A stretch of DNA of 64,000 bases from Spirochaetota bacterium (GTDB lineage Bacteria; Spirochaetota; UBA4802; UBA5550). The stretch lies in contig CAXXHB010000002.1 in NCBI GenBank assembly GCA_963664815.2, positions 512,001 to 576,000 on the forward strand, written 5' to 3'. Shown one piece after another: positions 1-9,692 of this stretch. Numbering within the stretch: position 1 is the first letter of the stretch; every line of letters starts with the position of its first letter. A program made the position numbers and the translations under genes. Below the pieces are notes generated by a model. The model did no database searches. It saw only the letters and a list, made by a program, of their open reading frames with translations, and had not been told where the DNA came from.

Positions 1-80
1 TTATAATAGTAAATCACAGCCAAAGTAAAGAAAATCAGCTGTTTAAAACAGGAGATCAATGGATTTATTTAATTAAAAAC

Positions 81-1421
81 TCATATCTTGTTAGATCTTA
101 CCCACAATTTCATCTCCTGGGCTTTCTGTATAAGTTCCTCCCGGAAATCGGGATGTGCTATTTTTATTAATGCTTCAGCTCGTTCCCATGTTGATAATCC
201 CTTCAAAAAAGCAATTCCATATTCCGTAATAACATAATGTACAATGGATCTTGGTGTAGTTACAACTGTACCGGGTTGAAGAGCCGCGACTATTCTTGAT
301 TTGAGATTTCCCTCTTTATCCTTATAAGTAGAATCAAGTGCAATGATACCCTTTCCTCCACTTGAATTGAAAGCTCCAAGAATAAAATCGAGCTGACCTC
401 CTGTTCCGGATATCTGCCTGCTTCCAACCGATTCAGATGCAACCTGACTCAGAAGATCCACTTCAATGGCATTATTTATTGCGATTACTTTCGGATTAAG
501 ACATATAATACGGGGATCATTTACATAGTTCACAGGATAAGAAGCGCAGGTTGGATTTCTGTCAAGGAAATCGTATAATTTTTTTGTGCCGAGTGCGAAG
601 GTGTATGTCATCTTGAAATGATCTATCGATTTATTTCTTCCGGTAAATTTTCGGGCATTGTAAAGATCAACACATGAATCTGTAATCATTTCTGAATGAA
701 ATCCGAGGTCCTTAAGGTCGCTGTCCGCAATCATTTTTCCGATTATATTAGGAAGACCACCTATTCCAAACTGCAGGGTGGAACCATCTTCAATTTCATC
801 CAGTATAATTCGTGCGATTTTTTTTTCAATTTCATTTTCAGAAATCGGGGGGAGTTCAAGGAGAGGTTTATTTCTACCTTCAATTATGTAATCAATATTT
901 GATATATGCACGGATTCAAAATTGCCACCGAGGCAATAAGGTACGTTTTCATTTATTTCGATTATTATCTTTTTAGCTTTACTCATGTATGAACCACATA
1001 CAGAATTAGATATACCGAAATTAAAGTAACCGTTTTTATCCATAGGAGTCGTGGTTATAACTGCCACATCAGTATGCTGATATTTTCTAACAATTCTTGG
1101 TCCCTGGTGGTAGGTTATCGGATTGTAGCTGCACAAACCAAGGTTGAAAAGTTTTCTTGAATGCGCTCCGAAATGCCAGTCCTGCATTTTAATATGTTTC
1201 CTCTCCGGATCTTTCATTACCATTTTGGGAATATCTGTAAAGCATACACTTCTGAGATATAAATCTTTTAAGTCTTCTATCCGTACAGCGAGAGCCTCAT
1301 CAAATACTTCCGGGAAAAGTGTAAACTCGCTGTAATAAATATAATCTCCTGATTTTACAATACCAGCTGCTGTTTTAGCATCAACGAGTTTGGATTTGTA
1401 TTCGTTCATTAACGTATTCAT
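81..1421 (-). CDS. Acetyl-CoA hydrolase/transferase family (butyryl-/4-hydroxybutyryl-CoA:acetate CoA-transferase-like)
   Basis: Family motifs LQFGIGGLP, GFHSEM (catalytic Glu), SGTGGQLDF, VTTPRS, TEYG and IAHPDFRE. Confidence 0.9.
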   Translation of the reverse strand: MNTLMNEYKSKLVDAKTAAGIVKSGDYIYYSEFTLFPEVFDEALAVRIEDLKDLYLRSVCFTDIPKMVMKDPERKHIKMQDWHFGAHSRKLFNLGLCSYNPITYHQGPRIVRKYQHTDVAVITTTPMDKNGYFNFGISNSVCGSYMSKAKKIIIEINENVPYCLGGNFESVHISNIDYIIEGRNKPLLELPPISENEIEKKIARIILDEIEDGSTLQFGIGGLPNIIGKMIADSDLKDLGFHSEMITDSCVDLYNARKFTGRNKSIDHFKMTYTFALGTKKLYDFLDRNPTCASYPVNYVNDPRIICLNPKVIAINNAIEVDLLSQVASESVGSRQISGTGGQLDFILGAFNSSGGKGIIALDSTYKDKEGNLKSRIVAALQPGTVVTTPRSIVHYVITEYGIAFLKGLSTWERAEALIKIAHPDFREELIQKAQEMKLWVRSNKI

Positions 1422-1575
1422 AATTTTTCTCCCGTATTTTATTCAATAAATATAATTCTTAATTTGCTTAAAGGCAAGGTGTATTGAAAAAATATCTGAT
1501 CTGGCAATATCAGATTTTATTTGATAAAATAGACTTCAAAATGGTTAAAAAAGCCGGTAGAAATTGTAATAATAT

Positions 1576-3495
1576 TTAATGATGTTTCTTTTTTCTTATT
1601 AATTTTATCAGTGCATCTTTGGCGGAATTTTTTACAAATCTGTCCGGATCGTTTTTTGAAATTTTTTTTATAGCCTCAATCACTTCGTTTATGTAACCTT
1701 CTGGCCCGGTGATACTTTCAAGTGAGTTTACAGTAAGTATTCTCACAGAGACTTCTTTATCGGTTAGAAGTTTTAAAAGATGAGGTATTGCATTTTCAGC
1801 GTCTATTCCTAATGAACCCAGACTTCTTATTGTGCTGCTTCTTACCATGTCAGATTTATCCTTCAGTGATTTTACAAGTAGATCGACAATCTCACTTTTC
1901 TCCGCGATATTTAATTCACTGAGACCTGCTATTGCGGCACTTCTTATTTCCTGGTTATCTTCCTTTATGGCTTCTATGAAGAGTTTAAAGGATTCATCCG
2001 GAGAAAGTATGTTAATAATGGATCGGGATGCATTTCTCCTTATTACTTTTATATTGTCACTTAGTCTTTCCCTGAGAAGCGGAACTGATTCTTTTGCCTT
2101 TTCTCCAAGATTTCCAAGTTTTATAACTGCATTTACTCTTTTCATCGGGTCTTCTGAATTAAGTTCAGGGAGTATTTCATAAAACTCGCGGGTGAACAAA
2201 AAATCCGGATCAGACTCAACTTCGATTTCTTTATGCAAAATGGCATCAGGTGTATAATGGTTGTCATCCTGATTATATTGTGAAACGTTCTTTACTGTTT
2301 TTTTATGTTTAAAAGATGTCATAAAGTCTTTTTTTTTGTATGTCTGAACCAGGGAGGAAAACTCCAGCGGATTTGATACAGTTATTGTTCCGAAATTGAA
2401 AGATAAATAACGGCAACTGAGGAGCTCTGTTATTTCTTCACTGTTTTCTTCTTGTGACAGTTCATTCATTTCAATCAGTTCATCGAGACCGAACTGAAGC
2501 AGGGAGGGTTTTTTTCTTTTTAATGAAACTCCATCTTCAAGCAGCTTTGATTCAAGAAATGTAAACAACCTTGTGATGGGATTTTTATAACTCATCTGGT
2601 TTAATCTGACATGATTAAACCAGAGTCTCTGGCTTATGGATGTTATAATTTTTTTTATAAGATCCGGTGAATGTTTTATATGACTTTTAAAGATGTTCAT
2701 ATCAACTGGTGTAATTCTGGTTCCGCCGAAACTTACAGCAGTGGCGCTTCTTGGTGATTTTGTAAGAAGAGCCAGTTCACCGAAAATATCACCTTCGCCA
2801 AGTACTGCAAGCAGCATATCCCTGTTTTTGCTTTGCTTAATTATTTTAACCCGCCCTTCTACAATAAAGAAGAGATTTTCACCGGGTTCATATTCGCAGA
2901 AAATAACTGCACCGTCTCTGTAAAGAAGATCTCCTTTTTCATTTTCAAAAAAAAATGAATGATTAGATGGATCATCAGTATCATCTATATATTTTTGAAT
3001 GTCAGATATGTTTTCCGAATCAGGGAATAATTGCATATACCTGTTAAATACATAATTAGCCGGAGTGTTGCAGCCATTTTCAAGATAATATTCACCAAGC
3101 CGGAGAAGGCTCAGGCTCTGAGGATAGATGAGGCTAATAGGCTTTATACCCATAAGCACATTGTCGTATTTCTGCAACGCATGAGAATAGGAGTTCATTA
3201 TCTTCATTGCAATTTCTGTTTTATCATTGAGCATTTTGAAAAGAAGTTCACGGTCTATATCAACAACGATAGTATCCTGTATTGCAACTGCACTGCTCAG
3301 TCTGGGTTTGCCGGAAAATGCAGAGATAAAACCAAAAAAATCACCCTCTCCGGCGTCTTTCAATGCCGATGACAGTATCGGGGAGGAACAGATATGCGAT
3401 ACTTTTCCTTTTTTTACAAGGAAGACAGAATTAGTTTCTTCATCTCCTTCAATAAAAATATATGAACCTTTTTTGAAATATCTTTCATCTTGCAT
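1576..3495 (-). CDS. Tandem cNMP-binding (Crp-like) protein with central TPR-like helix pair and C-terminal HEAT repeats
   Basis: Two cNMP barrels (GDFFGF..PRLSSA; GDIFGELAL..PRSATA), YVFNRYMQLFPDS TPR-like segment, and repeats of the type L.D....VR..A...L at the C-terminus. Confidence 0.8.
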   Translation of the reverse strand: MQDERYFKKGSYIFIEGDEETNSVFLVKKGKVSHICSSPILSSALKDAGEGDFFGFISAFSGKPRLSSAVAIQDTIVVDIDRELLFKMLNDKTEIAMKIMNSYSHALQKYDNVLMGIKPISLIYPQSLSLLRLGEYYLENGCNTPANYVFNRYMQLFPDSENISDIQKYIDDTDDPSNHSFFFENEKGDLLYRDGAVIFCEYEPGENLFFIVEGRVKIIKQSKNRDMLLAVLGEGDIFGELALLTKSPRSATAVSFGGTRITPVDMNIFKSHIKHSPDLIKKIITSISQRLWFNHVRLNQMSYKNPITRLFTFLESKLLEDGVSLKRKKPSLLQFGLDELIEMNELSQEENSEEITELLSCRYLSFNFGTITVSNPLEFSSLVQTYKKKDFMTSFKHKKTVKNVSQYNQDDNHYTPDAILHKEIEVESDPDFLFTREFYEILPELNSEDPMKRVNAVIKLGNLGEKAKESVPLLRERLSDNIKVIRRNASRSIINILSPDESFKLFIEAIKEDNQEIRSAAIAGLSELNIAEKSEIVDLLVKSLKDKSDMVRSSTIRSLGSLGIDAENAIPHLLKLLTDKEVSVRILTVNSLESITGPEGYINEVIEAIKKISKNDPDRFVKNSAKDALIKLIRKKKHH

Positions 3496-3757
3496 TCTGC
3501 AGGTATGTCTCCATTTTTTTATGAATATATAGTAATGAAATGAGGGACAGTTTTCTATAGGTAAAAATTTTTTAATTATATAAATATGAAAGAAGGGAGA
3601 TTATAATGAAAGATACTTGATATTTCTTGTAATATAGTATATAATGTCTTAAGCTTAAACTTTGGGTTGCGCCTGTTTAGTGGAAACTGTTTGCAATTAA
3701 ATTCCATTTATAGTAACGGCCTGAAAAAATAATTAAATCAACTACAGGAGTTATAAA

Positions 3758-4201
3758 ATGAAAAAGTTTCTGGTAATATTTATGGTTTCACTGTCAGTTA
3801 TTGTGTCTGGAATAACATTCAAGGCATCTGCAGCAGATGATACTAAAAAGGTAAAAAAAGCTGCAACAGAAGAGAAAAAAGACAAGAAAGAAAAGAAATC
3901 TAAAAAAAATGATGCTAAAGAAGACGACAGCAAATCTGATAAGAAAAAGAAAAAAGAGAAGGATGATGCTAAGGAAGGAGATAAAAAACCTGAAAAGTCG
4001 GATAAACAAGAGAAAAAAAACAAAGAAGATAAATCTGATAAAAAAGAAAATAAAGATGTTAAACATACAAAAACTGGCGATGAAAAAGAGATTGGAAAAG
4101 ATGATAAAGGCCGCATGATTTATGAAGGTCCAAAAGGTGGGCAGTATTACTATACAGACCACAACACAAAGGTATATCTTAAGAAGGATGAGAAAAAATA
4201 A
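3758..4201 (+). CDS. Secreted Lys/Asp/Glu-rich protein with C-terminal PBCV-type basic adaptor-like motif
   Basis: GGAG RBS upstream, signal peptide ending ASA-A, KD/KE low-complexity stretch, GRMIYEGPKGGQYYY...KVY. Confidence 0.65.
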   Translation: MKKFLVIFMVSLSVIVSGITFKASAADDTKKVKKAATEEKKDKKEKKSKKNDAKEDDSKSDKKKKKEKDDAKEGDKKPEKSDKQEKKNKEDKSDKKENKDVKHTKTGDEKEIGKDDKGRMIYEGPKGGQYYYTDHNTKVYLKKDEKK

Positions 4202-4208
4202 CAATGAA

Positions 4209-4245
4209 GCATGAGAGCATGGGGATCAATTCTCTTTGCTCTCAT
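4209..4245 (+). terminator. Stem-loop downstream of the Lys-rich protein gene
   Basis: ATGAGAGCA...TGCTCTCAT inverted repeat. Confidence 0.45.
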
Positions 4246-4250
4246 TTAAA

Positions 4251-4595
4251 TTAAACTACATTTATCTGTTTCCATTTCCCGCCTTTATATCTGAATAACA
4301 GAACAGTACAGAAAATCATAAAGAATGAAACAAGTACTGTCTATGAGTATACAGCTGAAAGATTGAAAATATTAAACGTTATGTAGAGAACAGGTGCAAA
4401 AGACCAATGGAATATTACCGATGCGATCATTGTCCAGTGTGTATCACCAGCACCGCGGAGAACACCTAAAAGTGCAACCATCATAGCTTCTGCAAGGACA
4501 TAGATTGATGCAATTCTGATCATTGATATCGCCAGTGGAACAGAATTTTCAAAAACCGGATTTTGATTTGAGGTATGGAAGATCTATACTAACTG
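4251..4595 (-). pseudogene. C-terminal remnant of a MATE efflux transporter
   Basis: GVLRGAGDTHW and terminal RYKGGKWKQI motifs in one frame, with in-frame TAG at 4341-4343 and 4584-4586; N-terminal three quarters missing. Confidence 0.75.
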
Positions 4596-4654
4596 GTTAA
4601 TACAGTGATGTTTTACTGTCAGTTATTATAGAGATTGAACTGATAAGTATTAAA

Positions 4655-4918
4655 TTATGAATTAACTGAAGCATAAACAGTATAAGTATCACAGTTTAAA
4701 CATCGTACTTCCATCGTATAATCCGTTATATTTTCTATGTTTGTTTCGTGGAACTTTGATGAATCATAAATAACTATTCCTTTTTTACTTCCGCATTCAG
4801 GGCATGGAATAAATGATTTCCGGCTGGCAGATGGATCAGTGTAAATTTTTGTATTAAATGAATTTTTGCCTGAGCAGACAACAGTCCATTCATCTGAATG
4901 GTCAAACTCTTTACTCAT
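4655..4918 (-). CDS. Small zinc-ribbon protein (CPEC...CLNC), 87 aa
   Basis: Two CxxC pairs; GGAG RBS before the ATG at 4918 (ORF-track start 4972 less likely). Confidence 0.6.
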   Translation of the reverse strand: MSKEFDHSDEWTVVCSGKNSFNTKIYTDPSASRKSFIPCPECGSKKGIVIYDSSKFHETNIENITDYTMEVRCLNCDTYTVYASVNS

Positions 4919-5236
4919 GTTCAACTCCTTTGCATTATAACTAAGTGAAAATAATGCAATGATTTTTATCAAAGATACAGATTATGTTTGAATATTTAAA
5001 ATAATGCAGAAAAAAAGAAAGTAATAAACTATAGAAAAATAAAATATCAGATTTTAATTTGTTATAGTCAAATTTGATTTAAGAGAAATTATTGGTGTGA
5101 TTGAATAGTATGAGATTAATATATTAAATTCTTTCAGGAAAAGGTTCCAGCGAAGCCGGTTGTCTGCAAGGGTGTATCCAGTTTAAAATCTTATCCAGGT
5201 ATAGCTTATCGATGTCTGAACGATAAGGACTGTATT

Positions 5237-5392
5237 ATGAAATTTTATAAGTATAAGGATGCCGTGAGATTACAGTATACAAAGCCGTGGACCTCATTGG
5301 CAGCATCGAAATATGATTTAACAGTATATTTTAAAAAAGACAGAAAGGCTATCTATATGGAACCATGTTTGGAATGCGGTAAAGAGTCATGA
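5237..5392 (+). CDS. Possible 51-aa small protein (MKFYKYKD...EPCLECGKES), not in the ORF track
   Basis: TAAGGA before ATG; frame is open from 5120; single CxxC. Confidence 0.3.
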   Translation: MKFYKYKDAVRLQYTKPWTSLAASKYDLTVYFKKDRKAIYMEPCLECGKES

Positions 5393-5461
5393 AACATACA
5401 GATTCAGGCACAGTATTTTAAACAGAAATGGAAATCTGATATGAGTACGGGAGAAGAGTTG

Positions 5462-6499
5462 TTATTCCATGTCCCAAAAAAAATCTTTATTTGTAAGTTC
5501 TTTCTCTCTCTCTTTTTCATTGTTGTGTTTATAATCATTGGTATTTCCTGAATAAATAACATTGACCTGTTCTTCTAGATCTGAAGTTTCATTCTGCCAG
5601 TATTCTTCTGTTCCGAAGTGAGGAAAGATGTGAGAGAATGCAGGATCCTTCCATCGCCTGGCAATCCATGCAGAATAGTTAATGTATCTTAATCCACGAA
5701 GAGGTTCAATAAGTTTTAGCCATGAATCATCAAATTCACGAAATTCTCTGTAACCCTGAAGAAACAGATCAATCTCTCTCCGGCAACCAGTATCTCTTGA
5801 GCTGATAAGCATCCATATATCTTGAACAGCAGGCCCGGTTAAAAAATCATCAAAATCAAGAAAAAAAAAGGAGCCATCTCTTCTCAATAAATTTCCGGGA
5901 TGACAATCCCCGTGAATCCTGTGAAAGGGAACTTCAGGAATAAGTGATTTGTAAAGCATTACTATTTCATTTACAGCATCAGAATATCTTTTAATGTAAA
6001 TTGAAGGAATAAAATTGTTTTTTATAAGATATAAAAGAGAATTGGTTCCATAAGATTCTCCAGTTAGTTTTAATCTGTACCGGCTTTCTCTGGAAGCACC
6101 ATTATTATGAATTCGAGCAATAAGTCTTCCGATAGTTATCATATCGCCGTCAGAAAGTTCTTCAGGAATTCTGCCTCCTGTCCTGGGCCATACTGCGAAG
6201 AAGATTCCATTTAAATCATGAATACTTTTACCATCAGAAAAAGTCAATGGTGCACAAACTGAAATTTCATCTTCAGCCAGTTCATACAGAAATTGATGTT
6301 CTTCCATAATTTGTTCAAGAGACCATCGGCCAGGCCTGTAAAATTTTACGATAATATGGCTATCGTTTTCCAGTTTAAGATCGTAAACCCTGTTTTCATA
6401 ACTATTGAGAACCATGTAATGCCCGGTTAAAGAAAACCCGCTCTCTTCAACAGCTTTTATAACACGGTCTGGTGTCAGGTTGTAGAAAGAATTGCTCAT
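5462..6499 (-). CDS. srkA: Stress-response Ser/Thr kinase SrkA/RdoA (YihE)
   Basis: NSYENRVY, KFYRPGRW, HGDCHPGN, DFDD, WKDPAF motifs. Confidence 0.92.
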   Translation of the reverse strand: MSNSFYNLTPDRVIKAVEESGFSLTGHYMVLNSYENRVYDLKLENDSHIIVKFYRPGRWSLEQIMEEHQFLYELAEDEISVCAPLTFSDGKSIHDLNGIFFAVWPRTGGRIPEELSDGDMITIGRLIARIHNNGASRESRYRLKLTGESYGTNSLLYLIKNNFIPSIYIKRYSDAVNEIVMLYKSLIPEVPFHRIHGDCHPGNLLRRDGSFFFLDFDDFLTGPAVQDIWMLISSRDTGCRREIDLFLQGYREFREFDDSWLKLIEPLRGLRYINYSAWIARRWKDPAFSHIFPHFGTEEYWQNETSDLEEQVNVIYSGNTNDYKHNNEKEREKELTNKDFFWDME

Positions 6500-6728
6500 A
6501 CAAATCCTTTGTGTTTTTTGATTATTACTGAGTATATAAGCTATGTAAAATAAGGCAATCTGTTAATTTATGTTTTTCTTTTAAATTGCTTTCTGTTTTA
6601 TTATTAACTCTGTAATAGTAAATTTTTTATGCTGGCATATTTAGCGTGATCATTCAACAAAATGAAAATAAATGATCTGTCAGGGTGTTAAATTTTTTAC
6701 TGGAATGATAGTATATTATAAATTTAAA

Positions 6729-7412
6729 TTACTTTATTCCATAACAACATGGGCATATAGTTCTGCATGTTCTGCAGGTAGTAACTGGATATCCTTTTAG
6801 GGATAAACCCTCAGACGTATTACGGCATTTTTTTTGATCAACTGAATCATCTCTTATTGCTGAAGAGGGACAGTTTTTTCGACAGAGGAAACAGCTATCT
6901 TTACAGAAAGAGAAAGTTTGTATTTCATCCGGGTCAACTATGGTATCAATTAAGAGTGCTCCGAGTTTAATCATATTGCCATATTTATAATTGTATAAAA
7001 GATGATTCTTTCCGAAAACACCCAGTCCTGCATAATGTCCAGCATGCTTTAGAGACAGATCCCCCTTACCTGTCATTGTGTTTTTATCCCAGTAAGCATA
7101 TGGTTCTGTGTAAACCGGTATTGCTATAATACCTTTATTCTGAAGTATCAGTGAAAAGTTGTAAGTAATATTTTTTATCTGATCAGTCACTATTTCATCC
7201 GAAATGGAATAAGCAAAATTATTAGCGGAATTGACAGCTCCTGCAGGGAAACGGCGGGCGAATACAACAACTGATTTTGTATCTTTAAAAATATCTTGGG
7301 GATGAAATCCTGATGGAGCATTTTCAAATCTATCAATTGAAGCTATACCGCAGATATCTGAACCTAAAGAGAATGCAGTTTCTTTTATTTCGATGTTCGT
7401 TATCGTATTCAT
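6729..7412 (-). CDS. Epoxyqueuosine reductase (QueG)-like Fe-S protein
   Basis: SLKHAGHYAGLG..GKN.L and C..C..C...CP / C..C...CP cluster motifs. Confidence 0.75.
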   Translation of the reverse strand: MNTITNIEIKETAFSLGSDICGIASIDRFENAPSGFHPQDIFKDTKSVVVFARRFPAGAVNSANNFAYSISDEIVTDQIKNITYNFSLILQNKGIIAIPVYTEPYAYWDKNTMTGKGDLSLKHAGHYAGLGVFGKNHLLYNYKYGNMIKLGALLIDTIVDPDEIQTFSFCKDSCFLCRKNCPSSAIRDDSVDQKKCRNTSEGLSLKGYPVTTCRTCRTICPCCYGIK

Positions 7413-7463
7413 TTTGAAATAAGCTAAAATTTACTTTTTGTCTAAAAATTCATGAATAAATTA

Positions 7464-9014
7464 TTACTCTTTTCGTTTAAGTATGCTGGTAAGCTGATCT
7501 GCAGAATGTGCCATATTTTCTGATGATCTGTTTATGTTTTCAGCACCGTTAGCCAGATTCTGAGTGGATGCGTTAATAACTGATATGGATTTAGTGATTT
7601 CTTCAAGTGCAAATTTTAATTCCTGCATGGAAGATTTTATTTCAGTTGCACCGTTAAGGACATGAGTCGCATTCTCCTGAAGTGTTATATTCATGTTAAG
7701 ATCTTCTTCAGATATTTTATTAACATCAACTACAATTTCACCGAACCGGGATGCAAGTTTCAAAACTTCTTCTGAAGATGTATGAACATTTTTTAATGCC
7801 TGGCTCGTAAGTTTCATCTCTTTATCGGTAGTCTGGACAAGTGCGGTAATATCTTTTGCGTTTATTTGTGTTTTCTCTGCCAGCTTTCCGACTTCATCTG
7901 CAACAACTGCGAATCCTTTTCCATGTTCACCTGCCCGGGCAGCTTCAATTGATGCATTAAGTGAAAGAAGATTTATCTGGTCTGAAACATCATTTATCAG
8001 TGAAGTGGAATCTGTAACTTTACCGCTGCTGAAGATAACATTATCAAGAGCTTTTTGACATTTCATTATTTCATCAATTGCCTCATTGATTCTGCTGTCG
8101 AGACTGGTCTTCAGATTCAGAGCAATATCCATCTTATTACGTCCCGCTGATACAAAATCAAACATTTTTTTAAGATCCTGTATCAGAAGTGTAATTTTCT
8201 CATTCTGTGTGACTGTCATTTCAGCAGATGATTCTGATGAAGCAGATATCTCTTCAAGTGTTGATGTAATCTCTTCAACGCTTGCAGCCTGAGTCTGTGC
8301 ATTATCATAGAATGAAGCTGCATTTGATGAGAGGGAATTAGCTGTTTCAGCAACTGTATCAGCCACTGTTGAACAGGTTTTAACAATGCTGTTTATTTCA
8401 TCGAGATATTTCTTCATCTGATAATTTTTTGTTTCTGCTTCAATGATTGTTTCTCTTACAATTCTGAAAATTAAAAAACAGAGAGAGGAAATTGTAAGAG
8501 AGATTACTGATAAATGAGAAATTGTAACACCAACAAAGCGATTTTCAATTAATCCTCCGGTCGTTTTTGTTATTGCTATTATAATACCGATTGTCAGAAC
8601 TGTTGTTACGCCGATTGTAATTGCATTTCCATAGAGTGCCGCCATTACAGTAAATATTGCGAGATATTGAAGAAATATAAATTTACCGACTTGTGTATGC
8701 ACGAGACTTGCCTGGAACGCCACAAGAAACATTGGAATAATTATTCCGACATAAACAGCGACATTATATGCTCCTCTCCGAAGAATTAAAAGAGGGATTA
8801 AGAAACCGAATGCTATTATTATCATACTTATATTATATTTAAAAGTATCAACTGTTGATGAAAAGATATTTGTGCTTATACAGGCCAGTGTTATTAAAAT
8901 AATAAAAATAAGCTGCATCCACATGAAAACAAAGGTTCGCTGTCTTTTCATGAAATTTTCATTTTCATATTTTTTCAGGAAAAATGATTTTAAGGAAGTA
9001 TTCAGATTATTCAT
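7464..9014 (-). CDS. Methyl-accepting chemotaxis protein with multi-TM N-terminus
   Basis: [33 protein letters not shown] signature; about 5-6 hydrophobic helices at the N-terminus. Confidence 0.93.
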   Translation of the reverse strand: MNNLNTSLKSFFLKKYENENFMKRQRTFVFMWMQLIFIILITLACISTNIFSSTVDTFKYNISMIIIAFGFLIPLLILRRGAYNVAVYVGIIIPMFLVAFQASLVHTQVGKFIFLQYLAIFTVMAALYGNAITIGVTTVLTIGIIIAITKTTGGLIENRFVGVTISHLSVISLTISSLCFLIFRIVRETIIEAETKNYQMKKYLDEINSIVKTCSTVADTVAETANSLSSNAASFYDNAQTQAASVEEITSTLEEISASSESSAEMTVTQNEKITLLIQDLKKMFDFVSAGRNKMDIALNLKTSLDSRINEAIDEIMKCQKALDNVIFSSGKVTDSTSLINDVSDQINLLSLNASIEAARAGEHGKGFAVVADEVGKLAEKTQINAKDITALVQTTDKEMKLTSQALKNVHTSSEEVLKLASRFGEIVVDVNKISEEDLNMNITLQENATHVLNGATEIKSSMQELKFALEEITKSISVINASTQNLANGAENINRSSENMAHSADQLTSILKRKE

Positions 9015-9293
9015 AATTTTCTCACAAAAAAAAATTTATATATATTTATTAATTGAACAATTATCAGCAGAATAATAAAAGCTCAAAACTACAATATGTA
9101 TTTAAAATGGTTTTTTTGTCAATGTACAATTTGCTTAAGTATGATAAATAACATATCACTCTTTGACGGAACATTCATTTTTATGTTCATTATTATATAA
9201 AATTATCAAGTATATATCATGGAATTATTAATGATGTGCTTATTTTGAATCAGAACTGGCTTTATTTAACCAGGAGTGAGGAATAAATTATTT

Positions 9294-9692
9294 ATGGCAA
9301 AAGGATACGAAGTGAGTAAAAAACGTCAGGAAGAGCTGAATATTCTTGGAAGAGTACTTACACGGAGATCAGGTTCAAAATGCGAGCTTTGCCTTATTTC
9401 GGGAGTCAGGTTGAATGTCTTTGAAGTTCCTCCAGTTTACGATAATCCGGAGTCCGGGAGATGCGTATTTATTTGTGATATCTGTTTTTCAGGAATATCA
9501 CAACCTTTAAAATTGAATGATCACTGGAGATGTCTTAATGAAAGTATCTGGAGTGAAATAAAACCTGTACAAATCATCTCGGCGATTTTATTAAAAAAAA
9601 TTTCTGAGGAAAAATCCTGGGCAAAGGATCTTCTGGATGAAGCTTACTTTGATGAAGATGATGAAGAGTGGATAGAAAAATCAGGATTGTAA
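9294..9692 (+). CDS. PhnA-like zinc-ribbon protein
   Basis: RRSGSKCELC, ICDIC, HWRCLNESIWSE..PVQ; likely start MAKGY at 9294. Confidence 0.8.
   Translation: MAKGYEVSKKRQEELNILGRVLTRRSGSKCELCLISGVRLNVFEVPPVYDNPESGRCVFICDICFSGISQPLKLNDHWRCLNESIWSEIKPVQIISAILLKKISEEKSWAKDLLDEAYFDEDDEEWIEKSGL

Noticed and set aside
3751-4204. Phe/Leu/Ser-rich minus-strand ORFs resembling membrane proteins
   Set aside because: Reverse complement of the A-rich Lys/Glu codons of the plus-strand gene
4341-4586. TAG recoding (pyrrolysine or alternative code) in the MATE fragment
   Set aside because: TAG ends normal genes here (usp, rpsO, cheX) and the gene is truncated anyway
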